The notes under the pieces are model-generated. The model saw only the letters and a list, made by a program, of their open reading frames with translations, searched no databases and had not been told where the DNA came from. From Ramazzottius varieornatus (Eukaryota > Animalia > Tardigrada): a DNA stretch of 64,000 bases. Of the stretch, positions 24,122 to 36,522 are shown in pieces. The DNA lies in assembly GCA_001949185.1 (NCBI GenBank), contig BDGG01000013.1, positions 941,226-1,005,225 of the forward strand, given 5' to 3'. How positions within the stretch are numbered: the stretch's first letter is position 1; each line of letters begins with the position of its first letter. A program made the position numbers and the translations under genes.

Positions 24122-26593
24122 ATGTGTCTCAGAAGGCTATCTTTTACCTTCATATTGGTGAGCTACCGTCTCGTACTGCTGAGCGTTTTATTGGGATTTT
24201 TAGTCTCTGCGGTTACAAGTCGACCACTTGTCAGAGATGAACGCGGGCTTGTAGAATCTGCACGGTCAGGAATTCAGAAGGTACGTACGGCCCCGTTCAG
24301 AACTGTAAAACTCATTCTGAGGGCGGCTCTCAGTATGGATAACGGATCACGTACCGAAGTTAAATCGGTCTTCATACATCCAGGCCAAAGACTACCTGCG
24401 AAGTTTTGGCTGGCTTCCATCTTGGAATCCAGAAACATGGAAAGAGTCAAGCGTAAGAATGGTCAAGAAAGCCACGCGTCTTTTTCAAAGGTTTTGGGGA
24501 CTTTCAGAAACAGGTTCGAAGCCTAGCTTCCAATGCTTTATGGTGCGCATTTCCTAGAAGAGAAAAACCTCACAATAGTTTTCAGGCGAGGTGGACCACG
24601 CCACTGAACAACTGATGAACACCCCACGCTGCGCAGTTCCAGACAACTTTGTGTCCGTCGACGATGGAAGTCTGGATGAAGAAATCGAACTGGAAACAGA
24701 CAAGATACCTGACGTAAAAGTGATGGACGCCGAAAGCCGACGTCGGCGATATGTGATCCAGAAAGCCGTTTTGTATGGTAACAAGTGGAAACGAAGGGAC
24801 TTAAAGTATCGTGTGAACAAATATTCACAAAAAATACCGTCCAGCGTTGTCGACGGGGTACTCCGGAAAGCTTTCCACGTAATTACTCTTCGATCCGTTC
24901 AGCGATGTTTTTCTTCGATTTGTTTTCCGTCTGTTAAATGACAGTTGTTCTATAGGAATGGGAGAAAGCGTCACCCTTCACATTCATTCTGAAAGACGAA
25001 GGAGCGGTGCATATCGACATCCAGTTTGAGTACTCCGATGGTCCAGGCAAGGCACTCGCTTACGCATACGGTCCTGGACCAGGGTAAGTACTATGTAGCA
25101 TCGAGCCGAACCACTGATTTGAGCTTGACAGCAAGTAAAGTGCTTGGAGAATTTTATTTTATGTTTGGCAGGGATGGAGGTGATATGCGGTTCGACGAGT
25201 ACGAAGACTGGTCAGTACGATCTCCCCAAGGTAAGCTCTGCCATCCGACCGCTGTTGTGCGCAACATATCAGGATATCGCGATTATCTGTTCTGTCATAT
25301 TATGCTAATTACATCTGAACCAATCTCCGAACAGGGCAAAATCTCTACATGGTGGCTCTTCACGAAATGGGTCACGTTCTCGGTCTTGATCACTCCAACA
25401 CGCCAGGAGCCATCATGAACCCATACTATACAGGCTACGTCAAAGGGAAAGGTCTGCAGCCAGACGACATCGCGGGAGTGCAGGCCATTTACGGTTCGTC
25501 GGCCTTGTTTTACCCAAGAGATCTAGGCTAGCCCAACAGACTGGACAAGATCATAATTTCAAATGGCGCGCGCTTGCGGTCCGTGACACTGGAAATGCGC
25601 GCCACTTCATAAATCAATCGCGCCGAGTTTGTCTGACGATCTTCAAATGCGTGCCCCACACGCTTATTATCATCTTTGCCGTCAACTCTAACACCTATGT
25701 GATGCCTTTTACAGGTCCGCCCACCACGCAGCCTGTTGCTCCCAAGCCGACACCGCAAGCCCTGGACCCGTCGGCAGCTGCCCGCCGTACCAAGCTTTCT
25801 CCCGTTCTGGGTGACGTCTGTCGGACGCCGGAAGGCCAAAAGATCATCGATGGAATTACCATCACGGGAGACAAGCGGATGTACGCTTTTAAGGGACAGT
25901 ATTTCTTTGAGCTGAAGCCGGAAACTGACAAGTCGCAGCTGGTGCCCGAGCTCATCACCGAAGGTTGGCCTGGACTACCCACCACCATCGACACTGTATT
26001 CACCGGACCCGAAGGCAATACATTCTTCTTCAAGGTATGACCAAGAGACGATCCATGTACTGACAGTGTAGATTCGATACGTAAACTATGTTCTTGTAGG
26101 GTGACAAGTACTGGAAATTCAAGAACCGGCAACTTCAGCCGGGATTCCCGAAATTGATCACTGTTGGCTTTCCTGGAGTTCCAAGTGATTTGGACGCTGT
26201 GTTTGTTTATAACAAAAACAACCGGATATACTTCATCAAAGGTAAGACATAACCTGTAAACGTTCGCTGTTGCTCGAAATATTCACAAGAAAATACTTCT
26301 GAATAGGTGATAAGTACTGGCGGTTCGAGCCAGGTGCAGCTCGGCGTGTGGCTGATGGGTATCCAAAAAGCCTGAGGGAGTGGAAGAAGCTGCCCTCTCG
26401 AATTGACGCCGTCACCACCTGGCGGGACGGACGCACGTACTTCTTCTCGGGTAAAGACTACTACAAGTTCAATGACTTCCACTTTGCTGTGGAGGACGGA
26501 TATCCAAAATCGGTAGCTTCTTGGTGGTTTGCCTGCGAGGAGCAAAGCGACCTTGAAAGTCCTGTCTCTTCTGGCTCCGAAACGGCCATCTAA
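24122..26593 (+). CDS. Secreted, furin-activatable matrix metalloproteinase (M10A) with hemopexin domain, multi-exon
   Basis: Hydrophobic signal segment; AKDYLRSFGWL...FQRFWGLSETG prodomain; cysteine switch PRCAVPD; RRRR furin site; HEMGHVLGLDH zinc motif; Met-turn AIMNP; Pro/Thr hinge; hemopexin repeats (YAFKGQYF, FFFKGDKYW, YFIKGDKYW, YFFSGKDYY) ending WWFAC. Confidence 0.93.
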
Positions 26594-26795
26594 CGTCTCA
26601 CCTACTGACTAGTCAATCTGTAACTTTGGACTCCTCCCGACAGGCCGTGGACCTAGCGTTTGAATAGACGTTCCCATGCATTGATTTTGACTTCCTTCTA
26701 TTGGTATTATAAAAATCAAGCAATTATGGATGGACAGATTGAAGAAGGAAAACTTGGTAGTTTGATTATGTAGCTTTCGCGAAGTGGAAGAGTGG

Positions 26796-27111
26796 TACGA
26801 GGTAAACGACATAATTCTGTCATACCGATTTTCGCACCATAATTCGGGCAACGCGAAAAGTTCGAACATTATCGTCAACTCTTGATTCATCTCTCATCGT
26901 ACGCCTGTTGATACAACAGTAGGCTTTTTGACATTGGACAGACCCATCCCTCTCCCAGGCCAAATTCCCGTGCTCCACAACGCTTTGTCGTTCTCAAACC
27001 TATTGAAACCTCGAGGAGAGGGACCGGTCTACCTCAGGAAACAAGACGCAGTTCATTACGCTCAGCAAGAGCTGAGCAAAAATATGCCCGAATTATGACG
27101 TTTACCTCGTA
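26796..27111. mobile_element. Tc1/mariner/pogo-type MITE, copy 2
   Basis: TA-CGAGGTAAACG...CGTTTACCTCG-TA termini; homologous to 11275-11615. Confidence 0.8.
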
Positions 27112-27174
27112 CTGTCATCGGGAAAGCTTGGTCAGTAATGTGCGAAAGCTTGTGCTTGCATTGTTCAAAGGACT

Positions 27175-28826
27175 TTACATCTCGTTGCCAGTACAGAATG
27201 GCAACAGGTATTTGCTGGTGCACTGCTCGTTTTCCGAGCGGAAGTCATAGTATTGTCCGGGTCCGCAAGCAACGATACGCAGACCGTCACAGTGGCAGCG
27301 ATAAGGGCTGCACTTGTCCAGAGCAAAAAGAAGCAAAGTTCGTGCGATCATCGCTGTTGTTCTTGTTGCCAAACTTTGAGAGGCTGGCAGGCGCAGTAGC
27401 CGGCTAAGCAGTTTGAGCTGGCAGCGGGTTGAGCGAGGTCTTGGTGGGACAGAAAGTGGCATCAGGAGCCTTGCACGCAGGCGTCGGAGTCTTCGTAAAA
27501 AACATGCCGGCTGCGGAACTGTAAGTCCGGTTGGCCGTACCCGAACCTGAACACTGGCAGTAGTTGCGTGAGCATGGTTGGGGATCATAATAACCATCAA
27601 CTTTCCCCTTGCAAAACGTCAAGTCACATCGGTCGTACGCGTTGGGTCGGCCTACCGGTGCACTGGGATCTATCACTGGACCGGTACCGCCGCCGTTACC
27701 GGGAGTGTTAGGTGTCACGTCATTGGTCACTACAGGAGAAAGAAGGTAGCATCCCGTGTTTTATTGAACGTGCATCAACTTTGGTCGTGAAGGCCGACTC
27801 ACAGCACAGCTGGTCTTTGGGGTCGCAGGTTGTTCCCGTTGGACAAGCTGAGCACGGCGTTCCTGTTGTGTAGGGCAGTTCGTTGTTGAAGTTTCCTCTG
27901 TGCATTACGTACACCAATGTAATTGGCAGAAGCACGAATAATCCAGCAAAAGACTTGTCACCAAGTGTACCGAAGAACCGGCGACATACGCTGTGCAGTA
28001 ATTACAGACGAACACTGCATCCCTGCCTGGGCACTGATTGAATCCTCAGCCAATCTGACTCGTTTTGGCCCATGCAACCTAAAACGCTCAGTGCTAGATC
28101 AGAGACGTATCGTACGTACCGTTTTTCTTCTGCAGGGTGCTATGTCTGTGTTGAACTTTACCTGGGTGTAATGACCGCTGACGCCTGTACAGCTGGTGGC
28201 CTGTCCGTTGGTACAACTATCGCGCTCGTTGAACCATCTGTCAATCCCGTACTTCCAGGAGTAGTAGAAGTTATTTGGACTAACGAAGATGTTTTGACCG
28301 ACGGCAGTCGTGCAATCAGTGACACTTATATGGGGCTACGCTCTAATCACTATTGTTGAAGCAATTGGTACAGTAGGACGTTATACCGGCATTGCTGACA
28401 GGATCATGTATTAGCCCTATGCACTTGTCCGCTAGCGTCTGAGCCAGCGTTGTCAATTGGTCATTGCACCTGAGTTCTAGCATATTGCTGGCTGGCGGCT
28501 GGACTTGGGTACGCAGACAGTTGTGCTTGTCGACGATGTACTTCTTCAGAGCTGTCGATGATGCCGGCTTGAATGCCGCATCCGGAATGGGGTTCGAAGC
28601 GATATCAGTTGGAGAGGTCAGTGGTGTCAGCTTGTGGCTCAGGGGGTATGTGGACACATCGTTGGGATTTTAAGTAGCCGCCGGATCAGGACACCACTGA
28701 GATCTTCGTGCCGAAACTGTAAAATCAAAATTGGTAAACTTTTTGATTGGGTGGCTCGAAATTTTTGTGAGCGTTATTCCTACCGAGCGAGGCGGCAATG
28801 CATAACAGCTCAGCTAGAAGATTCAT
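27175..28826 (-). pseudogene. CAP/SCP-domain protein with two C-terminal chitin-binding (peritrophin-A/CBM14-like) domains, pseudogene
   Basis: Signal exon MNLLAELLCIAASL; IVDKHNCLRTQVQPPASNMLEL; GQNI; GHYTQ|VAWAKTSQIG*G; VCNY; GN...PYTTGTPCSACP; FCKGKVDGYYDPQPCSRNYCQC; second Cys domain CSPYRCHC...CGPGQYYD...C. In-frame stops TAA 28670-28672, TGA 28046-28048 and TAG 27404-27406, plus frameshifts. Confidence 0.85.
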
Positions 28827-29599
28827 GTCAAATTCAGAGACAAGGATGATGGCTATTAGCTTCAACGCTGCAGGTATAAAGGTCTTTCAGTATGAAATTG
28901 CCGTTCTTTAGGGTCGGACTTCAAAATCTCGTTTCGAAGTCGTAACACCACTTTTGGAGTTCGACTGATGTCCAACTCCACTGACGAGGTCTTCTCTTTT
29001 TTTGCAAACGAAGTCCACTCAAAACGTCGAAAACGGGACGTAGGAAGAGCTTTAGAGTAATAACAATGCATGTCTAACAAGGACCATTTTACGAATTTTT
29101 TGCCGCACCGTCAGCTGCACTATCACACCGGCAACAGGGTTATTTGGTAGTGGATACCTTAGGGTATCAGTACCGGAAAAGAAAGCAAGAAAATAATCCT
29201 TCGGAATTTTACAAAAGAAGAAAATTTTGAAAAGATGGTGATATATTGCCGAGAACAAGGTGCGCCAGTCTAGTGGGGGAATGACTTTTTCCCATTTCTT
29301 GATCAGTTCAAGCAATGACACTATCTGTCAGTGTATCAAGGTGTCTTCGACCACTGGGTGAAGTTTGGGAAAATCTGCCCTGTCCGGCCGGGGGGAATAA
29401 AAAAATTTTAATCGAGAAAGAAGAGGATTTTGAGCTCTCTTTTCCCACCTGGCAGTTTTCCGAATAGGACATGCGTTGTCAAAACTGACACAGTTAACCA
29501 ATAACCTTGTTGCTGTGCGTTTTCACGTCAAGCGTATAATTTTGGAAGCGCCGGTGGCGACAAGAGAATTTTTCTAAAAAGGACGTCAAAATTTTCAGA

Positions 29600-31650
29600 A
29601 TTATGCCACAGACACAAACAGCTCCAGCAATTTATCGTGAAGCTGGAGTGGAGCTTCCTTATGCTCAGACGAAAGACGACACCATACTCTATGCTCAGTA
29701 GAAAAGAGGGGCTCGGAATATTGCTTCTGACCAGAGATAGAATTGTTTGAAATAAGCGTTGGGAAAACGGCAATTTCATACTGGAAGACCTAATAGAAGC
29801 TGGAAACAGTTTGAGCTGTTTCTCCTGAGATTAAAATGGCACTCTTATACCCGCAGTTCTTTGGGGCGAGATGGCAAAGGTGAGCAATTTCCTTAGAATT
29901 GATACAGTTGCAACTTCTGGCCAATATCAGAAGTGAGATACTCCCCACGGTCGTTGAGGACTTGGACCCGGGACCACCTGGATATCTGCGCCAGGATGCC
30001 TTCAAAGTACTTGACATGGGTGTATTGTCCGAGTGTGCGTTGTTTTTGTGCCGACTACCGCTACTATCGGTCATGAAAACTGTTGGGTTTTCATACTTCG
30101 TCGCAAACATTTTACGTAACCTTGCGAGAGTCTCCCAGTCATGGGCGGATAGGTTATAGCTAGCGACCACTCGGGAAAGTAAGCGCGGTCTTAAGCTTCC
30201 CACCACGTACATTTTGATGTGTGTCGTGTACCCGGAACTAGAGAAGTCCTCGGTCAGCTGGATTCCGTATCTGCAAGCTTCATACCCGCAGTATGAGAAA
30301 CCGATGGTCGTGGAATGCGCTAGTCGTTCCAAATTAACATAGTGCAACCGTTGTAGCTACGTAGCTCGCAAGTAGGATCAAAACTGTGGTGCCGTACCTG
30401 GAGCCCTAATGACATATTCCCCTAACGTCCTATTTCTACTAAATGACAAATCTAACAGTCCTGTACGTGAAGAACCCTTCCCCCTAAAAATCAGAGCTAG
30501 TCCCGGATTGCGCTTTCCCCTAAGAGCCTCATCCTCCAAGAACTTCCAGCCCGAAGACCACCTTCCCCAAAGAACGCTCGCCGCTACACACATTTCTAAG
30601 AAATCCATAATAGTTGCACTGGTAAAATCCTATCATGCTTACTTCCTCAAGCCTCTGATGAATAATCTCCATGTGATGTCATTTTGGTTCGCAACATCTG
30701 GTAAGACAACACGCAACAACCAACCGGTCAAATCAAAAATTAATTATCTGGAAGAAAGTTTAGACTGAAAAACATTGAGAAGGCTCAGATACGCAGTGCA
30801 CTACTTTTACGAAGTTGGAATAAGAGCGAAATCAAAAATCGATACGAAGCGCAAATCAGAATTGTGAGTGATTGGCGCTACATGCATCGATGCGATCGAT
30901 GCGATCGATGCAATGACGTACCGCGAAATATCAACGGAAAACTGAAAAATAACTTTTCGAACTAGGGCCCAAAGCACGACAGGAGCTGGCAGATTTTCAC
31001 TTTGCACCTCCCCCGAGTTTAACGTCGATCCTGACTTTTTTCAAACGGATTTCTGGCCAGTAAATCCACACTATTCCAGCTGGTAGCTCCGCACCCGAAG
31101 TATGCCATGTAAATATTTCGAAGGAACGACGTGCGCCGCCAGCGGATAATTTGCGAGTTAACGGCCCTCTTTTGTGCAGGAAGAGTCCCATGTCCATCCA
31201 ACGAAAAATCTATCATTGTCAAAACATTGATAAAAGTAAACCCTATGCTGCGAATAAAACTGAGAATTTTTGACCCGGAGGATGTCCGTAAACTCGAATC
31301 TAGGGTGAAAAGGTCCGACACCCGAAACACACTTCGGGCTGCTGAGTCCACCTTGTAGCGCCGTAATTGGCAGGCCTACCGAGGCTTTGGTGACTTCATT
31401 GCTGTCCTACATTAACCCGCTTCGGTGAAGCAGTTCCGGTTCACCAGACAGTACTAAAAGTCCTCTGTCTTGAGAATCTTTGTGGAGCTGCTGTCGCTAG
31501 AGAGCCAGTAGGAACGGATCTGATTCCACCATTCCACCACTGTCTTCTTGGGAAGATCATCCAGTTCGTCCTGGATCGTCCCCACCGTAGTCAACCAGTC
31601 CTGGTAGTCACCATTGGCTGGTCGTAAAATACATCTGTTTGCAACACGTT
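29600..31650 (-). mobile_element. Heavily decayed hAT transposase
   Basis: In the expected order on the minus strand: DFSLDG (first catalytic D region), YNLSAHDWETLARLRKMF (LSxxDWxxL helix), and FPTL...SEPLFS...RLSSE (hATC dimerization-like); many stops and frameshifts. Confidence 0.5.
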
Positions 31651-34274
31651 TGTCAACTTAGAGAATTGAAGCTAAGAGAAATGCGCCAGTGGATCAGGAA
31701 AAAATGTGTATGCATGTGCGTGCAATAGGGTTTCATATCATAGTAGTGGTGCGCATGCGCACTCGATCGTTTTGGGACGTAGTTTTCAGCTGGAACAGCT
31801 TGAATTCGTGAAGATGGCAAACGGAATGTTAGACCAGGAGAAATTGGATCCGAAGTGCAACTCGAATCGAGTCGAGAGTCGAGACAGCGTTGATTTAACG
31901 ACTGGTAGCAAGTTGGCTAGGACGGGGTGTACTGTAGTTCGACTTGGTTCGTACTGATCTAGCGATGGGGTGCGCTTTTTCATGAGCCGGGTCGCGTTTG
32001 CTCTTTCTAATCATGAGTTGATCTCTGGATCTCGTTCCCTATGAAGAATCTGGGATCTAGCTCAGCAACCGTCTTGTTGCGGAGATTTTTTTACGTGGAT
32101 CTGATTTTAGCTCGTGCCGCGTGTTTACCCGAAATGATTTTACTCGCGCGTTTTAAACATTACCACCCCGATCACCACGCGTTTCATCTCTCAGACTACC
32201 GGGTGGGAAAGTCACGTTCGCTTTATTTAACTGGTCGAACCTCGGGGCGTCGCCAAATCCGACCAGTCACCATCGGACCAATCACCGCCTTGGCCGAAAC
32301 TTGGGAATATGAGGTAGAGTGAGCTCCCTATCAACTTAAAACGGCCAACCTCTATGTTTTTCTCTTGGCAACTGGACAAGTCTTTTTTCGAATCTGGGAC
32401 ATTCGCTAGATGCAGAAATTTTCGGACTTGGGCTAGACTTTTTTTGGAGACACAGGCTCAACCCAGAGCCTGACTGAAAAATAATTTGCTGGATAAGACA
32501 AAATTTCCATCGAAAACGGAAAGATTTCAGACAGTTCTGCAGATGCACTGTACAGTGGCTGTTAGTTTTAGTTTGGAGGGAAGTTGATTCTTCAGGTAAA
32601 GGGGAAAAACGAGGAGCAGAAGGTAGACTGGAATCTTGCCAGGTACATATTAGTATGCGCCGGGAAAGTGAGTTCACCAGCCGAGGCTTAATACAGTGAC
32701 CACTCGGGATGAAAGCTTTCAGAACACAATGAGAGGCCCGAAAAACCGCATGGCCACCTTCACGGAAACCTTTTTACGGAGTTATGCAGCGATTCCACTT
32801 CTCGTAACTGGCGCGTTTTTGCTCTTTACGAAAATATTTCATTACCATAACTGGAAATAACCATCACGGAAAAAGTCATCTCGGGAGAGGAGCAATCTCC
32901 GGACCCATCACGTATTTCTGATTACTGGCTGGAACGAGGAAGTAGAATATACCTCATAACTGTCGTAATTTCTTGTCGATTTTCAGAACGGATATAAAAT
33001 AAGACAGGACTGCCGTAGTAGTCTACGGGAATATAACAGGAATTACGTCAATTAATAAATTTCGGAGTTTTTGTGTTCCTTCCTGGTTGTTCCCGCACTG
33101 TATTTCCGGGTTTTCCGTTCAAACCACCATATATTTCAATCAACCGAATGTTTTGTCGCGTTATCGCCCATGTCGGACGCGGTGCATTTCGCACTTTTCT
33201 TAGTTTACGTAGAGTCATATAGAAGTCATTACGAGAAGCTATCACGGACCTCCGTCAGGAGCTCCGTAATGAGTGATTCTACTTTCAATCATTTCGAGTC
33301 GGTTATGGTTGGAATAACAAGCTTATGTTTCTCCACACTTTGATTAAACTAACTTTCCGTGTAACTATTATCTGGTCGGCCACATCGGTTGGAAGAGCAG
33401 TCTGGTTGCGGCACAGGCTCAGCACCGTCGAATCGGATGTACTTAGTCACTGCGTAGAAGGAACAACGTTGCGGCACATCATGTGCGCTCCGGCAGTATG
33501 CTTTCTGACCGATTAAAATGACTCAGAGGAAATCTATTCGGGCGGATATTAATAATATGACGGCAGGGCAAATTTAATCCTGGATAATGAGCGTCTATTC
33601 GTACTAAAAACTGTCTAGCGCGATGAATTGAAGTTACCTACACCTTGCATGCCTCGTAATGATGACTCGACGCATATAAATTCATGAAGATAGGTTTTTG
33701 CATGTCCACTTATTCTTAACCAGTCCCTGTTGGGTTTAGCGACCATTCTGTTCGATCTTTTTCTGTAATGGAAGAGCTTTTTTATTGATGTTTCGCCGAT
33801 TTACTGTTTTTTAGCTGTTAGCCGGGCCGGTAAATCGAACGTACGTTGTGCTAAACGTAGTAAACGTAATTTCGGTGTGGTCTTCGATTTTCCATTCGGT
33901 GTGAGCATTTCTGAGTTGTGAATAACAGATCCAACTTAATCTCACTTCCCTCTGGCACTGTCTCACACACCTAACATTTCACATGACCTCTGTAGGAGCC
34001 TAGGCTGATGCAAAGATGCACTATTTCCTTTTCCATTACACACGAGTGGAATCCGATTGGGTCTGCATGCTGCAGTATCGTGCATATCAAGCTAAAAAGC
34101 TTTCAGCTCGTCCGCTGATAGTGTGCTTTGTCACGCATCAAAGCCATGAACCGCTCTTTCATCCCACGTAAGCTGTCTGCACAGGAATCATACTCGATAT
34201 GACACAGTACCCGCACAACCTTGGAGATTCTGTGAACTTTTTGAAATCAGAAACTGTTTCTTGAAGTCTCTGCG

Positions 34275-36522
34275 ATGTATCTTTCTGCTGAAAGTCTGAC
34301 CATACTAATGGTGCACTTGATTGCTCACTGGGGTAAACTGTGCTCGGCTTTTGGAGATGTTAACATTGTAGTTATCGCGATCGGTGACAATCCTATCTAC
34401 GGGTTTTACGCCCAAATTCCTATGTACGACGTTACGATGGAGCGGCTACAGAAGAAGTATCCAGTTGCACTGTCCAATGCGACAATGCATGTGATTCACG
34501 AACCGGGTCAGATCATATGCCCTGATGCAGCCGCCATGATGTATAACGTGGCCGGAAAACTCCATTCCTTGATGCACAACCTGACCGGATTGACCGTTAT
34601 TATCTCCCCTGGATGTAGCTTGGAAGTGATCGCTCTCGGAGATTTCGCCAGAGGTAGGACGTTCTTAGCACACGCCGATGATGTTTCTTGAATGTACGCA
34701 CTGGTGACCTTTGTCAGCTGTACAGCGTTCTGAACTCAGATGTCTTGTACTGATGGAGTTTGTGATGATCTGTGCGGTCTTCGTTGCAGAATGGAATGTT
34801 CCGCTGTTTGCGACGTGAGCTCGAATTTCTTTACGTCATTTATAAAAAAGAGATGGCGTATTGATGTACGTCGGCGTTGTTCTGCTGTAGTATTGCCGGA
34901 GATCAGGCTCTGACGGACAAAAGACGATTCCCTACGGTCATAGCCTATGGACCACCGGATCATCCGAGCTTGGCCCTGGCTGGCAAACGTCTATTAGACA
35001 AGTTTGCGTGGACCACAGTCACCTTTTTGTGTGATCAGCTAACCCAGTACCCAGCTCTGGCCGGATTTTACCAGACAGCCTGCCGGAATTTCCGACAGAT
35101 GCTGGATAGTGACAACGCCGGAAACAAATACATCTTGTATACGCTGTCTTTTGACTCAAACAATACGCGAAGGACACTCAGCGATCTGCTACAGAAAAGC
35201 AAATCCCGCTGTCGAAGTAAGACGGACTTGTTTCTGATTGCAGCGCGGGGTTGATCATGCCAATATTTTCTGCAGTTATTCTCATCTTTAGCAGACCTAG
35301 CGTAATGAGGGAAATCCTGGTACGGGTACAGCGTTAATTTGATCGTATCACTTTCAATTATACTTGTCAATTTGTTCAAGTTCCGTGCTCAGTGGTATTG
35401 GAGCCTACCCAACCTTTCTAATTAGATAGAAGCAGATCGTCTCAATATGACCAACGGCGATTACGTAAGGTATTTCTGATTGCGCTACATAAACGGCGTT
35501 AATTGTGCAGTTTATGAATAGATGTTCCTCGCACCGCATGTTACACAGTGTCCGACTTTGGGAAACAACACATGGCAATATTTTAACGAAGAAGATGAGG
35601 TAAGATACGTTCTCAAATGGTTCACATATCGTAACTTATGCGAGGAGAGGTTTATCGTGGTATGTACCGAATTTGCCATTTTCGTAGAGAGCGCTGCGGG
35701 CGTTTCAGTCCTTGATTATACTCAACAATCCCAATCCTGACTGGGCAAATATCCAACCACTGTTGACTGACGTGTGGAATGTCACCAAAGGGAAATACAG
35801 TCATCCGCTGACCGCCGATCAACAGGTAGCCTTTTGTCAAGAGCCATCGTCTAGGCTGTCGTAAGCGTTGTACCTAACAATTATAGCTGATTGCTTGTGA
35901 GGTAGTTCAATGATCTAAGTGTCGCCGGATACGAAGTTCTTTCGAGTTTCGCCGAGGTGGGAGAAGGTTACTCCTTCAATCGAGTCCACGGCCTACCCCA
36001 TCAGTGTTTTGCTATCGTGTTTTCCAGGTGGTCAACAGAAGCACATTCGGGGATGCGAGGCGTGTCAATGGGTCATGGTTCTCCAGGTTGTTTTTCAATC
36101 GAACATTTGCCTTGGATTCCCGCGACGTCTACATAAATTCCAGAGGTACAATGACGAAGGGGATCGAAGTGGTCCGGATGGAGCGCGCTACAGACTGCCA
36201 TGAACATCGGTTCGTTTCTAGGAATGCGTAACAGCGATGTGTCGTTTTTTCGGATCAACGTTTCAACAGGCTCTTTCGAAGTATGGCAGTCTGCCTCAAC
36301 GCATGCTCATCCACTATAGCACAGTCGAGTGTTTTCTACTTCATGACAATCTAGGAAACATGGAGGTATCATTCGACGACGAAGATGTTCGATACGGTCT
36401 CACCCTGCCTAGCTGGAAGGTGGTGGAGACCTACCGGACCACCCGAAAACCATCCAGCTTGTGGCTATCTGGGCGAAAAATGCCTGACGCCGGACTCCAT
36501 AGGTGACTTCTGGACCTCATAA
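34275..36522 (+). CDS. ANF-receptor/receptor guanylyl cyclase-type ligand-binding ectodomain gene, probably disrupted near its 3' end
   Basis: Signal peptide; ISPGCS...LGDFAR|EWNVPLFAT; LTDKRRFPT; LLDKFAWTTV; ADRLNMTNGDY; AFQSL; FFNRTF; last exon (36355-36522) WWRPTGPPENHPACGYLGEKC. Splice phases are consistent up to the insertion at 36191. Confidence 0.8.
36191..36293. mobile_element. Short MITE inside an ANF-receptor-like exon
   Basis: 11-bp TIR CAGACTGCCAT/ATGGCAGTCTG; the same CAGACTGCCA occurs in the 51179-51314 palindrome; no clean TSD. Confidence 0.55.

Noticed and set aside
28046-28048. TGA at the conserved Cys of the CAP IGCG motif as selenocysteine
   Set aside because: The same gene has TAA and TAG stops and frameshifts; no SECIS was recognised.
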